Notes under the pieces: model-generated
The model's database searches: none
Told to the model about the DNA's origin: nothing
Seen by the model: only the letters and a program-made list of their open reading frames with translations
Translations under genes and position numbers: made by a program
NCBI GenBank assembly: GCA_963734975.1
Contig: CAVTJQ010000020.1
Span: 113,119 to 177,118 of the forward strand
DNA from: an uncultured Gaiellaceae bacterium
GTDB lineage: Bacteria > Actinomycetota > Thermoleophilia > Gaiellales > Gaiellaceae
Length of the DNA: 64,000 bases
Direction: 5' to 3'
Part shown: piece by piece, positions 1-9,300 of the stretch
How positions within the stretch are numbered: the first letter of the stretch is position 1
Layout: every line of letters begins with the position of its first letter

Positions 1-1584
1 GCCTCGACCAGCTCTTCCCGCAGCGCCGCCCGCTCGAGCCGCTGCTCGGACACCGGCCGCGGCTCCTCCGGCACGACCTCGGGGAACGGCCCGAAGCGCG
101 CGAGCGCCTCGGCGCGCAGCTCCAGCAGCCAGTCGCGCAGGAGCCGCGTCGCGACGCAGTCCTCGCGGTTGTACTCGTCGATCTGGCGCAGAAGCTCCGG
201 GTCGCTCGTCTGCATCCAGCGCTCGAAGACGACAATCGAGGCGCCGCCGTCCTGCACCTCCGCCCGGCGCTCGAGCGGCAGGAAAGCCTCGAGCTCCTTA
301 AGCCCGTAGCCCGGCCGCGAGGCGCGCAGGCCGTTGCGGACGACCTTGAGCAGGTCGACGAAGACGCCGCGCCGCAGCAGGTCGTCGAGCTCGGCCTCGC
401 GCGTCCCGTAGAAGCCCATCAGCCGGCGCAGCGCCGTGATCTCGTAGGCGGCGTAGTGGTAGACGTGCAGGTCGGGGTGGCGCTCGAGCCGCGCGTGGAC
501 GAGGTCGACGAACTGCTCGAACGCCGCGCGCTCGGAGGCGCGGTCGTGCGCGTGGATCGGCTCGAACGCGCCGTCGACGTCGAGGATCCCCCAGAGGTAC
601 TCGAGGCTCCCGTCCTTGTCCCAGAACGGGTTGCCTTCGAAGTCGAAGAAGAGATCGCCCGGCGAGGGCTCGGGGAGGAGTGCGAAGCCGGTGCCCGGCT
701 GCGGCTCGAGCAGCTCGTAGCGGTCCTCGCCGTGCTCGCGCGCCCAGAGCTGCAGCTCGGCCTGGTTGCGGATCTTCGCCCACGTGCCGGCGGAGATCCC
801 GCCGAGCGCGGGCTCCGGCGGCGCACTCCCGAGCGCGGCGAGCGTCGCGATCCCCGCGTCGCGCAGCTTCTGGACGTGGTCGCGCCGCAGCCCCGCGACC
901 TTGCTCAGGTGGTCGACCCGTTCCCAGTGCGCCTCGCAGACGGGCCTGAAGTCGCAGACGGCACAGTGCGAGACGGGGTACGGCTCGGTCGCGGGCGGGT
1001 CGGCGACGAAGCGCTCGAGCCGCCTCCGCACGTGCCGGTAGTAGGCGGCGAACTCCTGCGGACGGAAGGACGCCCGCTCGCCGGAGCCGAGCAGCACGTG
1101 GATGCGGGCGGGATCGCGCCCCTGGATCCGCGCGAGCTCCTCCGAGTAGAAGAGGAGCTGGAGGATGTACGCCGGCTTCGGCGAGCGCGCGAGCTTCGTG
1201 TCGAGCGCCTCGTAGCTGCCGTCCGGCTGGCGGAGGAGGAAGTCGGCGACGCCGCGCCAGGTTCCGTGGGCGAGGACGGCCTGGTAGATGACGTCGTGTT
1301 CGGCTTTCTTGATAGCGGCGGCCGTGGCGCGGGCGGCTGCGTCGAAGTCGCCGTCCGGCTCGGGGAGCTCGAGGACGGAGTTCCCCTCGGCGCGGAGCTG
1401 CTCGAGGTAGGCGCGCTCGTGCTCGAGCCCCTTCCGGAAGATCAGCTCCGCCTGCTCGTTCTCGGTGTCGGGTCGGTCGATCTGGCCGCGCGCATTTCGC
1501 AAAGACAGGGTCGTCAGGTGTTCGCAGGCCAGGAAGGCCGTGACGTCGGAGGGCGAGAGCTGCAGGCGGTCGGCTTGGTGGTGC
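1..1584 (-). CDS. RecB-family nuclease, TM0106-like (N-terminal ~528 codons; gene continues past the left edge)
   Basis: Absent from the ORF track because there is no stop in the window. Manual minus-strand translation from ATG at 1584 gives MHHQADRLQLSPSDVTAFLACEHL... It contains DTKLARSPKPAYILQLLFY (PD-(D/E)XK-like core), a CAVCDFRPVCEAHW Cys cluster, and later FFDFEGNPFW / YHYAAYE / YNREDC motifs. The 415-aa + ORF 456..1703 is its antisense shadow. Confidence 0.8.
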
Positions 1585-1744
1585 ATCCCTTAAGAGTTGC
1601 CGAAGAGCCGGTCGGCTCAGTAGATGAAGACGGTCTGATCTACGAGGACCAAGAGGTTCTTTCGGGGGAGAAGTATCCGGGAGGGCGCGTCAGTGCCACC
1701 TAACGGCGTGCAGTACCGGGCGGCGTCGACATGTTGGCGTGCCT

Positions 1745-1964
1745 CAGGCGCACGCCCGCGCGGGAACGACTTGCGCGGCACCGCCAACAAGAATCCCGAA
1801 GACGACGGCGGCGAGGGCGAAGCGGAGGCCGGCGCCCCAGAGCGGTCGAGCTCGCGGTTGCTGTAGCGGATCGCGACGAAGTTCGAGCCGCCGATCACGA
1901 CCGCGCCGGCGAAGGCGCCGAGAGCTAGGCGGTCGGGCGCCCGCTCGGCCTCCGTCGCGCTCAC
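1745..1964 (-). pseudogene. Remnant of an EamA/DMT-family transporter (N-terminal ~70 codons only, frameshifted)
   Basis: ORF 1617..1964 starts MSATEAERAPDRLALGAFAGAVVIGGSNFVAIRYSNRELD. The adjacent frame continues PLWGAGLRFALAAVVFGILV, like the first two TM helices of EamA proteins. After that no transporter-like sequence follows. Confidence 0.3.
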
Positions 1965-1978
1965 CCGTCTGTAAGGCG

Positions 1979-3052
1979 CTACCCGGCCTCGGTCGTCGTC
2001 GCCTCTGTCGTCGTCGGCGGGGGCGGCTCCTCGGTCGTCGTGGGTGGCGGCTCCGTCGTCTCGGGCGGCTGCTCCGTCGTGTCGGGGGGCGGCTCCGTCG
2101 TGTCGGGCGGCGGCTCGGTCGTGGGCGGCGGCGCGGTCGCCGTGGGCGGAGCGGTGGTCGTGGCCGGTGGTGGCGCCGTCGTCGTCTGCGCGGTGCTCGT
2201 CGGCGCAGTGGTCGTGCCCGTCGTCGTCGCGTCGGTCGTCTCCGCGGTCGTCACCGGTGGCGGTGCATCCGTCTCCGAGACGGTGGACTCCGTCGGCACG
2301 GACGCGGACGGCGATTCGGTCGTCGGCTCGTTCGTCTCCGAGTCGCCCGAGGTCGCGAGGAACGCAGCGCCGATCCCCGCGGCCAGCAGCGCTGCCACGA
2401 CGGCGCCCGCGACCACGACGGACCGCCTGTGTGCCGGGGCTGCTGACTCGAGCGGCGGCACGATCAGCGTCGTCGGCTCGGCCACGGCCGGCACGGGGAC
2501 GGCGACGTCGTCGAGGCGAGCGAGCAGCTCGGCACTGTCGAGCTCGCCGGCGAGGGCCGCGGCGGCAACCGGGGCGAGCGCCGGCGCGGCGGTCGCGAGC
2601 GCCTGCAGGATCCCGCCGAACGCGCGCACGTCGTCCAGCGGCTCTCCCACCCCGGCGAAGTCGGCCAGCTTCGCCCGGCCCTCGGCGTCGAAGAGGACGT
2701 TCGCCTCGGTCAGCGCGCCGTGAGCGACTCCCTGCTCGTGCGCGTAGGCGAGCGCCGCAGCCACGTCACGGGCAGCGGTGTGCGCATCCGCCTCGGAAAG
2801 AGAGGGGGCATCGCGCTCGGCGAGCGACCCGCCGGGCAGGTACTCCCGCACGACGAAGTGCTCGCTGTCTGCCTTCCCCTGGTCGAAGACGCGCGCGATG
2901 CTCGGGTGCGAGAGCGGCGTGACGTCCGTGCTGTCCGCCTTGCCGAGCCGCACGAGCACGTCCCGTTCGAGCTCCATGTCGGTCGCGCGCCAGCTCGATC
3001 CGCCCAGGGGCTCGCGCAGCTCGTAGCGGCCGGCGATCAGTCGCTGCTCCAC
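1979..3052 (-). CDS. Ser/Thr protein kinase-like protein with degenerate catalytic motifs (predicted pseudokinase), one TM helix and a Pro/Thr-rich tail
   Basis: 357-aa ORF with a Hanks-kinase-like layout (GRYELREPLGG..., HPSIARVFD, VVREYLPGGSL). The VAIK Lys reads VLVRL, HRDLKP reads AHGALTE, and DFG reads DFA. A TM segment VVVAGAVVAALLAAGIGAAFLA is followed by a T/P/E-rich low-complexity tail. Confidence 0.8.
   Translation of the reverse strand: MEQRLIAGRYELREPLGGSSWRATDMELERDVLVRLGKADSTDVTPLSHPSIARVFDQGKADSEHFVVREYLPGGSLAERDAPSLSEADAHTAARDVAAALAYAHEQGVAHGALTEANVLFDAEGRAKLADFAGVGEPLDDVRAFGGILQALATAAPALAPVAAAALAGELDSAELLARLDDVAVPVPAVAEPTTLIVPPLESAAPAHRRSVVVAGAVVAALLAAGIGAAFLATSGDSETNEPTTESPSASVPTESTVSETDAPPPVTTAETTDATTTGTTTAPTSTAQTTTAPPPATTTAPPTATAPPPTTEPPPDTTEPPPDTTEQPPETTEPPPTTTEEPPPPTTTEATTTEAG
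2046..2126. repeat. Tandem 21-nt repeat (about 3.8 units) inside the Pro/Thr-rich tail coding region
   Basis: The units ggcggctccgtcgtctcgggc / ggctgctccgtcgtgtcgggg / ggcggctccgtcgtgtcgggc / ggcggctcggtcgtgggc were read directly. On the minus strand they encode TTEPPPD-type heptads. Confidence 0.8.
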
Positions 3053-3139
3053 TCGAACGCTCTTCCTCCGCTGCGCGCGCGCTAACCGACACCGTGACCG
3101 CGCCGCTCTGCCCGCGGCGCACGCCCGTGACGCGTGGCG

Positions 3140-3922
3140 TTAGCGCGCCGGGCTTGCGATCACCGCGAAGACGGCGCCGACCGGATCCCGGAGGACTGCG
3201 TAGCGGCCGATTTCGGGGATGTCGGTGGGCGGCATCAGCACGTCCGCGCCGAGCTCGCCGGCATTCGCGACGGCCGCATCTGCGTCGTCGACCGAGAAGA
3301 CGGTGGCCCAGTTCGGTGGGATGTCGCCCATCCGCTGGCCCAGCTGCATCAGGCCGCCGATTCCCTTGCCGCCGACCTTGAGGACTCGGTAGGGCTCACC
3401 CTCCCCCATCGGCATCTCGTCGATTCCGTAGTCGAAGACCGCGCGGTAGAACGTCTCCGCCGCTGCGGCGTCCTTCGTCTGACACTCGTTCCAGTTGAGC
3501 GTTCCGTGCTCGTTCGCGAGCTGAGCGCCGTGGTGGGCGCCTGCCTGCCAGACGCCGAAGACCGCGCCGGTCGGGTCTTGCGCGACGGTCATGCGACCGG
3601 CATCGAAGACGTCGAATGGCTCGGCGAGCACGGTGCCGCCCGCCTCGCGAACGCGCTTCGCCGTCGCGTCGACGTCGTCGCTCGCGATGTAGGTCGTCCA
3701 GTGCGGCGGGACGCCCTCCTGGCCGGGCGGTGGCGGACTCGCCGCGGCGACCGACTTTCCCTCGAGGCTGAACATCGTGTAGCCGCCGGCTTCGGGGCGT
3801 GGGTCGCGATCGGCCTGCCAGCCGAAGAGGGCGGAGTAGAACGCGATCGTGGCGTCGAGGTCGGGGCTCGTGACGTCGACCCAGCAGGGCGTGCCGGGCG
3901 CGTACTCGGTGAACTCGGGCAT
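3140..3922 (-). CDS. VOC (glyoxalase/bleomycin-resistance) family protein, two-domain
   Basis: 260-aa ORF with duplicated halves (PCWVDVTSPDLDATIAFYSALFGW... and LNWNECQTKDAAAAETFYRAVFDY...). An AAGGAG Shine-Dalgarno lies upstream of the ATG at 3922. Confidence 0.85.
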   Translation of the reverse strand: MPEFTEYAPGTPCWVDVTSPDLDATIAFYSALFGWQADRDPRPEAGGYTMFSLEGKSVAAASPPPPGQEGVPPHWTTYIASDDVDATAKRVREAGGTVLAEPFDVFDAGRMTVAQDPTGAVFGVWQAGAHHGAQLANEHGTLNWNECQTKDAAAAETFYRAVFDYGIDEMPMGEGEPYRVLKVGGKGIGGLMQLGQRMGDIPPNWATVFSVDDADAAVANAGELGADVLMPPTDIPEIGRYAVLRDPVGAVFAVIASPAR

Positions 3923-4051
3923 GGCGGCTCCTTGTCGCTTTTCGTCTCTGCTAGACGTTGGGTCGGGCCGGATGTTTGCGTGGACGAAGAGTCACACTTT
4001 CGGCGCAAAGTTGCGACACGGCGGTGAGCGTTCGTCCGGCACGCTGGAGAC

Positions 4052-4603
4052 GTGACCTCCATGCACCTCGTCCGCCCGCCCCTGCCGGGCTCCTACGTCG
4101 TCTTCCTGCCGGTGCTCGCCGGGCCGTATCCGGGTGCGGCCAACGAGTGCGAGTCACGCCGGCGGATCGAGCGCGTGCTCGAAGCGGGCTGCGATCTCTT
4201 CCTCGACCTGACGGAGGCGGGCGAGTGCGAGCCGTACGCTCAGCTCCTGCCGCCGCACGTGCGCTACGTGCGTCTGCCGATGCGTGCCGGGGCGGTTCCG
4301 TCGGACGAGCAGATGGAGGAGATCGTGGCGGTGATCGACCGCTTCTCGGCCGCGGAGGGGTGGTTCCTGTACGTGCACGACGCGAACGGGATCGGCCGGG
4401 TCGGCACGGCGATCGGCTGCTGGGTCGGCTGTGCGGCCGGTCTGAGCCGCGATCCGCTCTCGCTGCTCGACGAGCTCCGGCGGTCGATCCCGAGGCCATG
4501 GCACCTGTCTCCTGCGTTGCCAGAGCAGCGTGCGTTCGTCCGCCGCTGGACGCACGCCCGGCGGCGGGAGTCGGCTCAACTTGTGGGAGGAGGGAGCCGG
4601 TAG
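4052..4603 (+). CDS. Dual-specificity/PTP-like phosphatase-fold protein with Asp in place of the catalytic Cys
   Basis: 183-aa ORF. Its P-loop-like segment VHDANGIGRVGTAIG aligns to HCxxGxxR(S/T)G with Cys replaced by Asp. The alternative start ATG 4061 has better SD spacing. Confidence 0.6.
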   Translation: MTSMHLVRPPLPGSYVVFLPVLAGPYPGAANECESRRRIERVLEAGCDLFLDLTEAGECEPYAQLLPPHVRYVRLPMRAGAVPSDEQMEEIVAVIDRFSAAEGWFLYVHDANGIGRVGTAIGCWVGCAAGLSRDPLSLLDELRRSIPRPWHLSPALPEQRAFVRRWTHARRRESAQLVGGGSR

Positions 4604-5088
4604 GCCATCAGGATCGCATCCACATACTCCTCGTCACGGCGATAGTGCTCCCGGCGGACGCCTTCGCGCTCGAAACCGAATGTCTCGTAGAGGCGGATCG
4701 CGGGCTCGTTCCAGGGGAAGACGTGCAGCTCGAGCTTGCGGACGCCGGCGTCGCGCGCCCAAACGGCTGCCTGCTCGAGCAGCATCCGGCCGACACCGCG
4801 GCGTCGGTGGCTGGCGGCGACCATCAAGCCGAGGTCGGCGACGTGGTGGCTCGCGGGATGCGGGTCGCGCGCGAGCGAGAGCCGGCCGACCAGCTGGCCG
4901 TCCTCCTCGGCGACGTAGACCGCCGCGTCGGGGTAGCGCTTGAGCGCACGCAGGTAGCGACGCTCGTCGGCGGCGCTGCGCCAGCCTTCGCTGGTGAGCA
5001 GCCAGGCGCCCTCCTCGCGGCCGATCGCGGTGCCGAGCGCGACGAGAGTTGCCGCGTCCTCGCCGCGGGCGGGTCGGATCTCGATCAC
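4576..5088 (-). CDS. GNAT family N-acetyltransferase
   Basis: 170-aa ORF with the acetyl-CoA motif RRRGVGRMLLEQAAVWARDAG and the ending RLYETFGFEREG. Confidence 0.9.
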   Translation of the reverse strand: MIEIRPARGEDAATLVALGTAIGREEGAWLLTSEGWRSAADERRYLRALKRYPDAAVYVAEEDGQLVGRLSLARDPHPASHHVADLGLMVAASHRRRGVGRMLLEQAAVWARDAGVRKLELHVFPWNEPAIRLYETFGFEREGVRREHYRRDEEYVDAILMAYRLPPPTS

Positions 5089-6398
5089 TCGACGACGATC
5101 CCGTGGCCGCCGCGTCGCGGATCACCGGCGGCCGCGAAAGCCCCGTCTCCGGTGCGCGCGACGGCCGAGACGCCGCCGAAGAAGAGGTTGCGGCCGGCCC
5201 AGTGGACGACGTCCCAACCTGCCGGTGCCTCGCCCTGATACCCGCCCTCGAGATGGAGGACATCACCGTCGACGTGCAGGCGAGGCGCATCGATCGCCTC
5301 GGCCAGCGGAACGCCGCGGATCGCGGCGTCGACAACCTGGGCGATCGCACCAGCGAGCCTTACCGACCCGGCGCTGCCGAGAGCGAGCCGAGGGCGGCCG
5401 TCCTCGAGGACGAGCGTCGGAGTCATCATGCTGGCGAGCCTCGCACCCGGTTGGAGCTCGGCATCGCCAATCACGTCGCGCTCCCCGAGCATGTTGTTCA
5501 GCTGTGCGCCGCCCCGGAAGACGCCGGAGCCCGAGCCCAGTGTCGACGAGAGAGCAGCGGCGTTGCCGTCGGTATCGATCACGGAGATGTGCGTCGTGCC
5601 GGCCATACGCGCGGGCGGCGCGGTCGCATAGGCGTCACGCAGGGCGGCGGCGCGCTCGCTCAGGTTCGTCGCGGACTCGAGGCGCGCGAGCGCCGCGGCG
5701 ACGATCCCGCCGCCTCTCGAGGGCGCGGGCGTCCCGATGACGTCGTGTCCGAGGAACGTGGTGCGGATCGGATCGCGCTCGATCACCGTGTAGGCGGCGA
5801 GATCGACCGCCAGCTCGGGGATCAACTCAACGACGGCTGCAGCGCCGCGATCGCGGATGTGCTCGAGTGTCGGGACGAGGTCGCTCGTGTCGAGACGGTC
5901 GGAGTGACCGTAGATGCGGCGGCCGCCTTCGTCGCGCTGGAGGATCCCGGTCAGGATCAGGTGCAGGAAGGCGTGCTCCTCGCTCACCTCGACCCCGGCC
6001 ACGGCGATCGCGATCGCCGGCTGGACGAGCTCCTCCCACGCCACGCTCCCGTGGCGTCGATGAGCCTCTTCGAGACCCGGGAGGAGCCCGGGCACGGCGA
6101 CCGATGCCTCCCCGACGTGAAAGACCTGCGTCGACGCGTCGCCGAAGTCGATCACGATCTCGTCCATGGCGCCGAGTGGGCGCGTGGGGACGGCGAAAAA
6201 GCAGTCCAAGAGCTGCGGCTCGCCGTCAACGTGGGCGAGGAAGAAGCCCCCGCCGGCAGGCCCGGTCAGGGGGCCTTCCGCCACGAACGCGGCAAACGCC
6301 GCCGCGACGCAGGCGTCGACGGCATTGCCGCCGTTTGCGAGTACCCTGGAGCCAGCTTCGGCCGAGAGTGGGTGCCCCGCTGCGATCGCTGCCTGCAT
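5085..6398 (-). CDS. Gamma-glutamyltransferase family protein
   Basis: ORF 5085..6443. It has HPLSAEAGSRVLANGGNAVDA at the N-terminus and the autoprocessing-site context GTTHISVIDTDGNAAALSSTLGSGSG. I prefer the internal ATG at 6398. There is a 4-nt overlap with the downstream GNAT gene. Confidence 0.85.
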   Translation of the reverse strand: MQAAIAAGHPLSAEAGSRVLANGGNAVDACVAAAFAAFVAEGPLTGPAGGGFFLAHVDGEPQLLDCFFAVPTRPLGAMDEIVIDFGDASTQVFHVGEASVAVPGLLPGLEEAHRRHGSVAWEELVQPAIAIAVAGVEVSEEHAFLHLILTGILQRDEGGRRIYGHSDRLDTSDLVPTLEHIRDRGAAAVVELIPELAVDLAAYTVIERDPIRTTFLGHDVIGTPAPSRGGGIVAAALARLESATNLSERAAALRDAYATAPPARMAGTTHISVIDTDGNAAALSSTLGSGSGVFRGGAQLNNMLGERDVIGDAELQPGARLASMMTPTLVLEDGRPRLALGSAGSVRLAGAIAQVVDAAIRGVPLAEAIDAPRLHVDGDVLHLEGGYQGEAPAGWDVVHWAGRNLFFGGVSAVARTGDGAFAAAGDPRRGGHGIVVE

Positions 6399-6473
6399 TC
6401 GAGCAGCGTAAACGGGAGCTTCCTGCCGATAACAGGTCAGCACCCAATCCCGACTCCGGAGCGTTCACACTCG

Positions 6474-7491
6474 ATGCCTACGTTTTTCGATCTCCGCAAG
6501 CGCCATCTGCTCCTGTCTCTCGGGACGGTCGCGGTGCTCGTCTTGGTGGCGACCACGCCCCAGCTGCTCGGCGAGCAGGTGGCCGACGGGTTCCACGGGC
6601 TGCTCGTCGCGAGCCCGGCCTGGCTCTGGCTCGCAGCTCTCTCCTTCGCGACGCGCGCTCGTCGCCTCAGGTTGCGCCTGGCGCTCCGCCCTTCGCCGTT
6701 GCGGCGGCGAGCTCGGAAAGGCGGACGCGAGCGCGCGCTACGGCGTGGGCTCGCTCGTGAACGCGGTTGCGCCGGCGAAGCTCGGCAGCGCGCTTCGTCT
6801 CGCGCTCTACTCGCGCGTGATCGTCGGAGAGGGACGGCTGTGGACGACGGGCGGGGTCGCGGCCTCGATCGGCGCAGCTCGCTCGATCTGGGTCGCGGTG
6901 CTGCTCGCGTTCGCGGCGGCGAGCGGCGTCCTACCGGTCTGGCCGCTCGCGCTGCTCGCACTCGGGCTCGCCGTCGCGATCACGGTGGCTGTTCTGTCAC
7001 GCGATCGGAAGCCGAGCGCACGCATCGCGCACGTCCTCGACGCCTTCCGCGCGCTCGGCAGCTGCCCGCGGGCCGCGGCACAGCTCGTCGGCTGGGTCGG
7101 CCTGGCCGCAGCAGCGCGCATCGGCGCCGCGACGGCAATCGCAGCCGCGTTCGGCGTCGAACGTCCGTTGCTGGCCGCACTCCTCGTCGTGCCCGCACTC
7201 GACCTGGCGGGAATCCTGCCGCTTACCCCGGGCAACATCGGAATCGCGAGCGCAGCCGTCGCGTTCGCGCTCCATGCTCACGGTGCGACCAACGGCGCAG
7301 CGCTCTCGGCGGGAATCGCGTTCAGCGCGGTCGAGACGGTGACGAGCCTCGCCTTCGGAGCGGGCAGCGTGCTCTACCTCGCGGCCGGCGCGCCCGGTGC
7401 ACGGCGCTGGACGATGGCCGCGGCCGGCGCGACGGCCTGCCTCGGCCTGGGCGCCGCCTTCGGCGCGACCGTCGTGCTGCCGCTCGTCTAG
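6474..7491 (+). CDS. Lysylphosphatidylglycerol-synthase-TM-region/flippase-like (UPF0104) membrane protein, apparent +1 frameshift near 6651-6658
   Basis: The N-terminus MPTFFDLRKRHLLLSLGTVAVLVLVATTPQLLG...AWLWLAALSFAT is in frame 0 from ATG 6474. The continuation ALVASGCAWRSAL...ARYGVGSLVNAVAPAKLGSALRLALYS is in frame 1 (track ORF 6745..7491). The junction lies in acgcgcgc. Confidence 0.65.
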
Positions 7492-7833
7492 CGCGCGCGG
7501 CGCGGCGCCAGACCGGAGCGCGGGCAGCGGCTCCGCGGATCGGTCGGGATCCGGCGTCGCGAACGACGCATCGGCAAGTGCCCCTTCCACCGGGACGTAG
7601 CCCGTGCACTCGCATGGCGCGGAGCTCAGCGTCTGGAAGTCTCCGATTCTCCTGCGGCACTCACGCCGTCCGCCCTGGACGAAGACCCGCACATGGTCGC
7701 GACGCGGATGCCCGCAGGTATCGCAGAGTGGCGAGCCACCGCAGGTGGGACAGCCGCCGCCATCCGAGATCCAGCGGTGCTTCCGCCGCCTCCAGCTCGC
7801 GCCGCAGTAGCGGCACGCGATCGAGTCACCCAT
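7488..7833 (-). CDS. Putative small Cys-rich (zinc-ribbon-like) protein; 3' end uncertain
   Basis: The internal ATG at 7833 of shadow ORF 6997..7983 gives MGDSIACRYCGASWRRRKHRWISDGGGCPTCGGSPLCDTCGHPRRDH...CECTGYVPVEG. G/C dominates the third codon position. The frame stays open into the convergent gene, so a +1 indel would be needed to end it at TAG 7490..7488. Confidence 0.35.
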
Positions 7834-7876
7834 CGCTCGTGTATTCGACCGCGGGCCGCCGCGACTTGAGGCGACG

Positions 7877-9001
7877 CTACCGACGCAGGAAGCTCGGCGG
7901 CTCGAGCGGGTCCTCTGCTCGAGCCGGGCGACTCGTCGTTCCACTCGAGAAGGTCGGTGCCGGCGTGCGCCTGCGCGTGCCACCGAGACCCGTCGCGACC
8001 ACGGTGACCCAGACCTGACCGGCGAGACGCTCGTCGACCGTGGCGCCGAAGATGATGTTCGTGTCGTCGGTCGCGGCCGCGCGCACGGCCTCGGCTGCGT
8101 CGTTCACCTCGAGCAAGGTCAGGTCCTCGCCGCCCGCGATCGAGAGCAGGATTCCTCGGGCGCCGACGATCTCCGTGTCGATCAACGGCGAGCGGAGGGC
8201 ACGCTCCGCTGCCTGCTTCGCCCGGTCGTCGCCGGTCGCGAAGCCGATTCCCATCAGCGCGGAGCCGGCGTCGGACATGACGGTCCGGACATCGGCGAAG
8301 TCGAGGTTGATCAGCCCCGGCATCGTGATCAAGTCGCAGATCCCCTGGACGCCCTGGCGCAGGACGTCGTCGGCGATCTTGAACGCGTCGAGCATCGACG
8401 TCGAGCGGTCGAGCACCTCGAGCAGGCGGTCGTTCGGGATCACGATCACCGTGTCGCACGCAGCCCGCAGTTCCTCGACGCCCAGATCCGCGGAGGTCTT
8501 GCGCCGGGTTCCCTCGAAGCGGAACGGCGTCGTGACGATGCCGACGGTGAGCGCACCGAGCTCACGCGCGATCTTGGCGACGACGGGCGCGGCGCCCGTA
8601 CCGGTGCCGCCGCCCTCGCCGGCGGTGACGAACACCATGTCCGAACCGCGCAGCGCGTGCTTGATCTGGTCGTACGTGTCCTCGGCAGCGCGGCGGCCGA
8701 TGTCCGGCTCGGCACCCGAGCCGAGGCCCTGCGTGAGCTCGCGGCCGATGTGGATCTTCACTGGTGCGTCCGAGAGCTGGAGCTGCTGCATGTCGGTGTT
8801 GATGGCGACGAACTCGACCTGCGAGATGCCGGCGTCGATCATCCGGTTGACCGCGTTCAGACCGGCGCCGCCGACGCCGACGACGCGAATCACGGCGAGG
8901 TACGACGCGCTGTCGGCACGAGTGGAGTACTCGAGCCGCGGTGCGGGCTCGGGCATCGTCGTGTAGAGGCTCGTGGGCGGCTCGTATGGGCGCTCGCGCA
9001 C
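7877..9001 (-). CDS. ftsZ: Cell division protein FtsZ
   Basis: The ORF contains [21 protein letters not shown], the tubulin signature [21 protein letters not shown], and the C-terminal peptide [11 protein letters not shown]. The start is ambiguous: GTG 9001, ATG 8956, or further upstream via the ORF at 9300 if a 1-nt deletion is assumed. Confidence 0.95.
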   Translation of the reverse strand: MRERPYEPPTSLYTTMPEPAPRLEYSTRADSASYLAVIRVVGVGGAGLNAVNRMIDAGISQVEFVAINTDMQQLQLSDAPVKIHIGRELTQGLGSGAEPDIGRRAAEDTYDQIKHALRGSDMVFVTAGEGGGTGTGAAPVVAKIARELGALTVGIVTTPFRFEGTRRKTSADLGVEELRAACDTVIVIPNDRLLEVLDRSTSMLDAFKIADDVLRQGVQGICDLITMPGLINLDFADVRTVMSDAGSALMGIGFATGDDRAKQAAERALRSPLIDTEIVGARGILLSIAGGEDLTLLEVNDAAEAVRAAATDDTNIIFGATVDERLAGQVWVTVVATGLGGTRRRTPAPTFSSGTTSRPARAEDPLEPPSFLRR

Positions 9002-9300
9002 CGGTTCGGGTGCGGCGACGACGACCGGGGGCGCGGCGTCACCGGCGGAGCAGGCTCTTTCACGCGTGCCGGTGCCGGCGTCGGTGCGGCGGCAGGCTTG
9101 GCGCGCTGCTTGGCAACGAAGTCCGGTACGTGCTCGACCGTCTTCTCCTGAGGCTCCTCCGGGGGCGCGACGGCAGGCGGTGCCGCAGCCACGGGCGGCT
9201 CTTGCGGAGACGCATCGGGCTGTGGCTTCTCGCTCTGCTCGGCCTGCCGCTGAGCGGCTTCGGTCGCACGGAAGAGCTCGGCGAGCGGGCCCTCACGCAT
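8890..9300 (-). CDS. Pro/Glu/Ala-rich ORF between parA-like and ftsZ (either a small disordered protein or a frameshifted N-terminal extension of FtsZ)
   Basis: ATG 9300 overlaps the ParA-like stop (ATGCGTGA). The product is [29 protein letters not shown]...[20 protein letters not shown]. Its last ~110 nt overlap ftsZ out of frame and look non-protein-like. The ftsZ frame is open upstream and reads [20 protein letters not shown]. Confidence 0.4.
   Translation of the reverse strand: MREGPLAELFRATEAAQRQAEQSEKPQPDASPQEPPVAAAPPAVAPPEEPQEKTVEHVPDFVAKQRAKPAAAPTPAPARVKEPAPPVTPRPRSSSPHPNRCASAHTSRPRASTRRCPSPHRGSSTPLVPTARRTSP

Noticed and set aside
456-1703. 415-aa + strand ORF, plus the Arg-rich ORFs at 298..826
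   Set aside because: It is an antisense shadow of the RecB-like nuclease gene. Its composition (E/D/R/V/L/G) is typical of the reverse frame of GC-rich coding DNA, and the minus frame gives clear family motifs.
2046-2126. Tandem repeats considered as a possible CRISPR-like or VNTR element
   Set aside because: The units are contiguous 21-mers with no spacers. They lie in frame within a Pro/Thr-rich coding tail, so this is a coding low-complexity repeat and not a CRISPR array.
7604-7810. 68-aa + strand ORF in the gap downstream of ftsZ
   Set aside because: Its composition is not protein-like (R/P/S/Q-rich). The opposite strand gives a Cys-patterned ORF with better third-position G/C bias.
5049-8018. 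989-aa + strand ORF
   Set aside because: It is a composite. Most of it is antisense to the GGT gene and out of frame with the UPF0104 gene. Only about 60 codons from ATG 6474 look real, and they form the N-terminus of the membrane protein.
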